From assembly GCA_965220415.1 (NCBI GenBank), contig OZ244829.1, positions 984,717-1,048,716 of the forward strand: a stretch of 64,000 nucleotides of DNA. Reading direction: 5' to 3'. The translations under genes were made by a program, and so were the position numbers. Origin of the DNA: Candidatus Poribacteria bacterium. Lineage in GTDB: Bacteria; Poribacteria; WGA-4E; JAJDTR01. This document shows positions 60,321 through 64,000 of this stretch, in pieces. How positions within the stretch are numbered: position 1 is the stretch's first letter; each line of letters opens with the position of its first letter. The notes beneath the pieces were generated by a model. The model worked only from the letters and a program-made list of their open reading frames with translations, was not told the origin of the DNA and did no database searches.

Positions 60321-62348
60321 TCATATAGTGTACATTAGTAACCAAACTCCTAGCCCCAACAACACGGCCCCAGTTCCTATTTTCGCCGGCATCAAATATT
60401 GCTGTAACACACCGCCAAGTTGAATTGAAGTTGTGCCCCAATAAACAAACCCGAACACCACCACCAACGGCGTGATAAACATCAGGTTATACAAAACCAG
60501 GTAGGACAGCGCATTTGCGCGCATCCCCTCAACGCCCATCACAAACGTAATCGTTGGCAAGTAGACCTGACCGGTGCACACCAACTCCAATGCCGAAATA
60601 GCGAACCCAATCACCACCGCACCGATGACTACACCCGATGTTCGCGTCTGCTCGCGGATTACTTTGTGGATACGCAACTTCAGTGATTTGGGCAACTGCA
60701 GTGTGATTTCTTTGACTTTTCCCTGTTTCGCTTTAACGGCGTCGTAAAGGCTAAAGAACGCCAATGTAAATGTCCCAATCGCGGCGAGCAGATAGACACA
60801 CTTGGCGATGACCGAAAACTCATTGAGGAACGAAAGAAATTTAAGTAAACCCATTCCCATCAGCAGATAGGTCGTAAGCACCGCCGCAGCGAATGCCCCG
60901 CCGGCAATCAGCATCTCTTTCCTTTCCCGTCCAACGAGGCTCATGTAGGAGATGAAGAATACAATCGTCGCAAAGGCGCAAGGATTGATCCCGTCAAGCA
61001 GTCCCGCCCCCGCAACAGCCAACGTCCCGAAGGCGCTGAAACGCTTGACGATTTCGGATTCCGCATCGCCCGTTTTTCCTTCCGCCTCCGGTAGTCGAGA
61101 GGCTACCCCGGTCGAAAGGTATTTCCCGACAACTGTTTTCAAGTGTGCTTCATCAAGTTCATCTAACAGATACTCAACCCCGATAAACACCGCCGGGGTG
61201 GTGAGCCTTTTGACTTGGGGAACGTTGTAGAGCGCTCCCATTGCCTCTAGCAACTCTCGGTTCTCTTTGGCATACTTCATTTCGACAACAACCTGCGGAT
61301 ATTCGGTTTTGAGTCTCTTCAAAATGTCGTTGGCTCTAGTGCACTTTTGACATCCGCGTTTATGAAAGTAGGTGATATGGATGGCACTGTCGTCTGGTAC
61401 ACCGTCATTGCTCCTCAATCCGTCATCTTCAGAGAGGCTATGGTACAGCGCCAGTAAGGTTTCAAGGTTCTCGTCGGGGGCGATTTTTTCCGATACCTCA
61501 ACGCGATAACCTTGCCTTGAAACCACCCTTAGATGGTCGTCTAGTCCAATCTCCAAAACGCCGACTGCTTCTCCTTTCGGGGCATTGGTCACAATTGCCG
61601 TATTGCGGACGATTGTCGGTGAAGATGTGTTTGTGGATTCATTGCCAGCAAGGATCAAAACATCTAGCCATGGAAACCGTTCCGCTAGCCCGCGCGCTTC
61701 ATCTTCCGTCCCGTGGAACACGCCGAGGACAACATCACCTTTTGCAGTGATTTCTCCCTCAAGGGCGTTCAATGCTTCTTCCGGAGAGGTGAGAATCATC
61801 CCCGAATTGTAAGCGGTGACTTCCGTTTTGTGCGACTTCGATATCAGTCCGATGAGGGCAACTTCAATCTGACTTGGCGTGTTTTTAAGGCTGTAGGGAG
61901 CAAATGAAACTGTATTTGGATAGAAAACGTTGGTGCAAACGACGGGAAGGTTCGGATGGCTAGCGTGGAGGGCTTGGAGTGAATCAACCGACAAGCATAA
62001 GTCCTGCGGTCCGATGAAGATCGCATCGTAATTCATCTCTCCCAACGCTTCAAGAGCAATCTGATAGATGAGTTCGTTATTAGGATCGGTTGGGGAGAGA
62101 ATGTTTCCGGTATGGAGGTTTAGGGTGTTCGCGTGTTTTTGGCGCAACGACTGGATTACAGTGTGGCGTCGAGACAGCCCGCCGACCTGCTCTGCACCAC
62201 AGCCGTGTAGCGCAAGTTGTCCTTGTTCTTCACCGGAGTAGATAAGCGTAAGCGTACTGAAGGCATCTGCAGAAAGCAGGGGTAACTGGCTTCCGAATAC
62301 GACCAAGATGCCAACACAAGATAAAACGTGCGAAACTTTTCCACTCAT
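60321..62348 (-). CDS. Fusion protein: signal peptide + N-terminal about 330-aa periplasmic domain + thioredoxin-like CxxC domain (CQKC) + DsbD/CcdA-like transmembrane thiol-disulfide transporter domain
   Basis: C-terminal 6-8 TM helices with GINPCAF and ELVCTG Cys-containing helices (DsbD/CcdA β-domain pattern). Preceding CQKC thioredoxin-fold segment. Confidence 0.5.
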   Translation of the reverse strand: MSGKVSHVLSCVGILVVFGSQLPLLSADAFSTLTLIYSGEEQGQLALHGCGAEQVGGLSRRHTVIQSLRQKHANTLNLHTGNILSPTDPNNELIYQIALEALGEMNYDAIFIGPQDLCLSVDSLQALHASHPNLPVVCTNVFYPNTVSFAPYSLKNTPSQIEVALIGLISKSHKTEVTAYNSGMILTSPEEALNALEGEITAKGDVVLGVFHGTEDEARGLAERFPWLDVLILAGNESTNTSSPTIVRNTAIVTNAPKGEAVGVLEIGLDDHLRVVSRQGYRVEVSEKIAPDENLETLLALYHSLSEDDGLRSNDGVPDDSAIHITYFHKRGCQKCTRANDILKRLKTEYPQVVVEMKYAKENRELLEAMGALYNVPQVKRLTTPAVFIGVEYLLDELDEAHLKTVVGKYLSTGVASRLPEAEGKTGDAESEIVKRFSAFGTLAVAGAGLLDGINPCAFATIVFFISYMSLVGRERKEMLIAGGAFAAAVLTTYLLMGMGLLKFLSFLNEFSVIAKCVYLLAAIGTFTLAFFSLYDAVKAKQGKVKEITLQLPKSLKLRIHKVIREQTRTSGVVIGAVVIGFAISALELVCTGQVYLPTITFVMGVEGMRANALSYLVLYNLMFITPLVVVFGFVYWGTTSIQLGGVLQQYLMPAKIGTGAVLLGLGVWLLMYTI

Positions 62349-62553
62349 CAGGATGGTTCCCCTTTGAATGTATCTCCGAAGTCCCTGTGCGCGATGGAAA
62401 ATTTACGACTAATTATTTGCTGTCCGTTATGATACCAAACCGTTCTTACCATTTCAAGAAAAATTCCATAATACCTGACAGTTGTCGTTTTCACAGAATA
62501 CTGGATGAGTGTAATTACCACCTCTCAATATTTCCAGAACTGTGTTAACTCTG

Positions 62554-63150
62554 TTAGTAGTGCTCATCGTCTTCCGCTTCGCGCACGAGACGCTTAACGT
62601 TTTCTCGCGCCCGCTGCAACCGGCTGTTCACCGCTGCGTCAGTGATGCCCAAACTTTGAGCAATCGCTTTGTGGTTCATGTCATCTACATAATGTAGAAT
62701 CATCACTTCCCGCTGCGATTCGGGGAGTTGAGATAACACACTGAGTGACATTTCAACGCGCTCGCCGCTCGCTTCGCGCTGCTGCGCTTCTTGATAGTTA
62801 GCGCATGCCTCTTTAATGAGCGCATTCAGTACCTTAGCCGAGTCTGCCTCCTCAGTGTATTTGAGACGGCTCCGATTTTTTCGGCGCCACGCGCCAATGC
62901 ACTGATGGGCTATCCGGAACATCCAGTTCAACAACTTTTCTGAACTCCGAAGATTGTCCAGATGCCGGAAAATCTTAACGAAAGCATCGTTGACAATCTC
63001 GTCGGCGTCTTCGCTGTTGCGTACTTCTTTCAAGACGTACAAAAACAAACGCGTTTTGTACTTCGCGTGCAGCGCATCAAGGGCTTTGTCATCGCCATTT
63101 AAGGCTAGGCGAACCAATTCGGCATCGTCCGGTTTGTCGTCCGCACTCAT
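62554..63150 (-). CDS. ECF-subfamily RNA polymerase sigma factor
   Basis: σ2 (FVKIFRHLDNL) and σ4 (LSQLPESQREVMILHYVDDMNHKAIAQSLGIT) regions; 198 aa. Confidence 0.7.
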   Translation of the reverse strand: MSADDKPDDAELVRLALNGDDKALDALHAKYKTRLFLYVLKEVRNSEDADEIVNDAFVKIFRHLDNLRSSEKLLNWMFRIAHQCIGAWRRKNRSRLKYTEEADSAKVLNALIKEACANYQEAQQREASGERVEMSLSVLSQLPESQREVMILHYVDDMNHKAIAQSLGITDAAVNSRLQRARENVKRLVREAEDDEHY

Positions 63151-63427
63151 TTGGATTCAGCTCGAGAATATGAGATTTGCACCCGCCCATATTTATAAGA
63201 ATGCTCCCTCGGGCTAAAATCTATCGCGCGAACATCATTTTTTTTCTAAAAAATGAACACCTCCCAAAACATCCCGCGCACCTATCCGAATAGATGAGGT
63301 TCATGCAGCGTACCCAAAACCGTATTATCCGTAATTACCCTCACACGCGATTGCCAGACCCGAACTCTCACGGCTCACGCACTAATTTTCATTTCCGCAA
63401 CTTTTCTGGTATAATACGTACGTTGCT

Positions 63428-63515
63428 GGCTATAAGAGAGAAACCGAGTTTTTGGTTCACGTCTGCTAAATTATAGACTGATTTTCGTCTACCTCGTATT
63501 TCCACCGGAAAAAAA
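63428..63515. repeat. ~90-bp element bounded by inverted repeats AGAAACCGAGTTTTT / AAAAACTCGGTTTCT
   Basis: The same two arms occur fused as a perfect palindrome inside the GT39 ORF at 54303-54335. Confidence 0.5.
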
Positions 63516-63560
63516 CTCGGTTTCTGTATTCAGTCGGACAAAGGTAGCAACTTGGGCTAT

Positions 63561-64000
63561 ATGACTATAGACAGCAAGTCCAAAGAAAACCGCATGGACA
63601 CGATATTAGCGACGTTAATCAAAAAACTCCGTGACAAATCTCAGTTCGTGTTCGCCTTGATGCTAATCATCATGGTGGGGCTATGGTACGCCGGTTTGAA
63701 AAACACGCGGCCCATAATACATTTTGAAACAGAGACGTTTTTGGCGTTCTACGGCAACCCCACCGGCGGGTTTTTGAGCGAGGTCGCGAAGTTTTTTGAC
63801 CCGTCGCCTACGGACTGGGACAACTACCAGGCGCGCGAATTGGGTTATGTGTTCGAGTATATTGATGCTCGAATGGTTATACTCTTAAACAAGATCCCAT
63901 TCTTTTCGTACGGCTTTCGCAGTATCTCTCAAATCTCGTTCGCCATTCTTACCTCGGTCGTGCTGTATTTAATCGCAAGGGAACTGTTCCCCACGTTTCG
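63561..64000 (+). CDS. Paralog of the 42836-44830 membrane protein, 5' portion (continues beyond window)
   Basis: Translation of the first about 140 aa (…RPIIHFETETFLAFYGNPTGGFLSEVAKFFDPSPTDWDNYQARELGYVFEYIDARMVILLNKIPFFSYGFRSISQI…) is about 75% identical to 42836+. Open to window end. Confidence 0.6.
   Translation, partial: MTIDSKSKENRMDTILATLIKKLRDKSQFVFALMLIIMVGLWYAGLKNTRPIIHFETETFLAFYGNPTGGFLSEVAKFFDPSPTDWDNYQARELGYVFEYIDARMVILLNKIPFFSYGFRSISQISFAILTSVVLYLIARELFPTF

Noticed and set aside
60271-60441. N-terminal 57-aa extension of the FGE ORF
   Set aside because: The extension overlaps the 3' end of the DsbD-like gene. The internal Met at 60270 has an RBS and is followed by a signal peptide.
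1-64000. Search for tRNA/rRNA (conserved T-loop GGTTCGAATCC, TAGCTCAG D-arm, rRNA signatures)
   Set aside because: No convincing match found by eye in any intergenic region. I cannot exclude a divergent tRNA without running tRNAscan.

Overview
This 64-kb window comes from a repeat-rich bacterial chromosome with about 52% GC, and I found no rRNA, tRNA or CRISPR array in it. The gene content (three PhyH-family dioxygenases, FGE, a sulfotransferase, PD40 and Kelch β-propellers, a 1101-aa TPR protein, ECF sigma factors, a GT39/PMT-like GT-C, and many MITE-like repeats) suggests an uncultivated Gram-negative lineage, possibly a Poribacteria- or Planctomycetes-like symbiont. That lineage call is a guess.

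Gene order:
- 1-21 kb: a 5'-truncated class II ribonucleotide reductase; an MTH1187/YkoF protein; a translationally coupled ExbB-TonB pair with no ExbD, next to a putative OM β-barrel and the 1101-aa TPR protein; a HIBADH-like dehydrogenase; two membrane-anchored GT2 glycosyltransferases; a lone TPP-binding β-subunit-like protein; a lipoprotein; a class-V aminotransferase; a DUF423 protein; and an EF-G paralog.
- 21-26 kb: a PhyH dioxygenase, MtnA, a sugar-phosphate isomerase/epimerase-fold protein, an enolase-superfamily enzyme and a 647-aa polytopic membrane protein.
- 28.9-37.3 kb: a tandem minus-strand array of six signal-peptide-bearing β-propeller/lectin paralogs (one Kelch, four PD40/TolB-like, one LamG). 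All six share a conserved extreme C-terminal tail ('VSPxGK..TTWGxLK') that I cannot match to any described sorting signal. This is the most novel-looking feature.
- 38-47 kb: a GH36-like hydrolase, two convergent PhyH genes, a large membrane protein with a paralog at the window end, and a DapA-family protein.
- 62.3 down to 47.2 kb: one long co-directional minus-strand block. In order: a DsbD-like/thioredoxin fusion, FGE, an acidic TM protein, a Cys-rich small secreted protein, a C39-like peptidase-DUF1573 protein, a GT39-like GT-C, a split transketolase coupled (TAATG) to an ECF sigma, GT2, a TIGR03032-like protein, an SDR epimerase and a sulfotransferase.

The window contains at least seven interspersed repeat families:
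- a ~250-bp MITE with 13-bp TIRs;
- a ~45-bp GGGATCTCTATCGC...GATCGCACC palindromic unit with 15 or more copies;
- 150-170-bp 5'-UTR and intergenic elements;
- one caught insertion with a 19-bp flanking duplication;
- RPE-like in-frame palindromic insertions inside the transketolase and GT39 genes.
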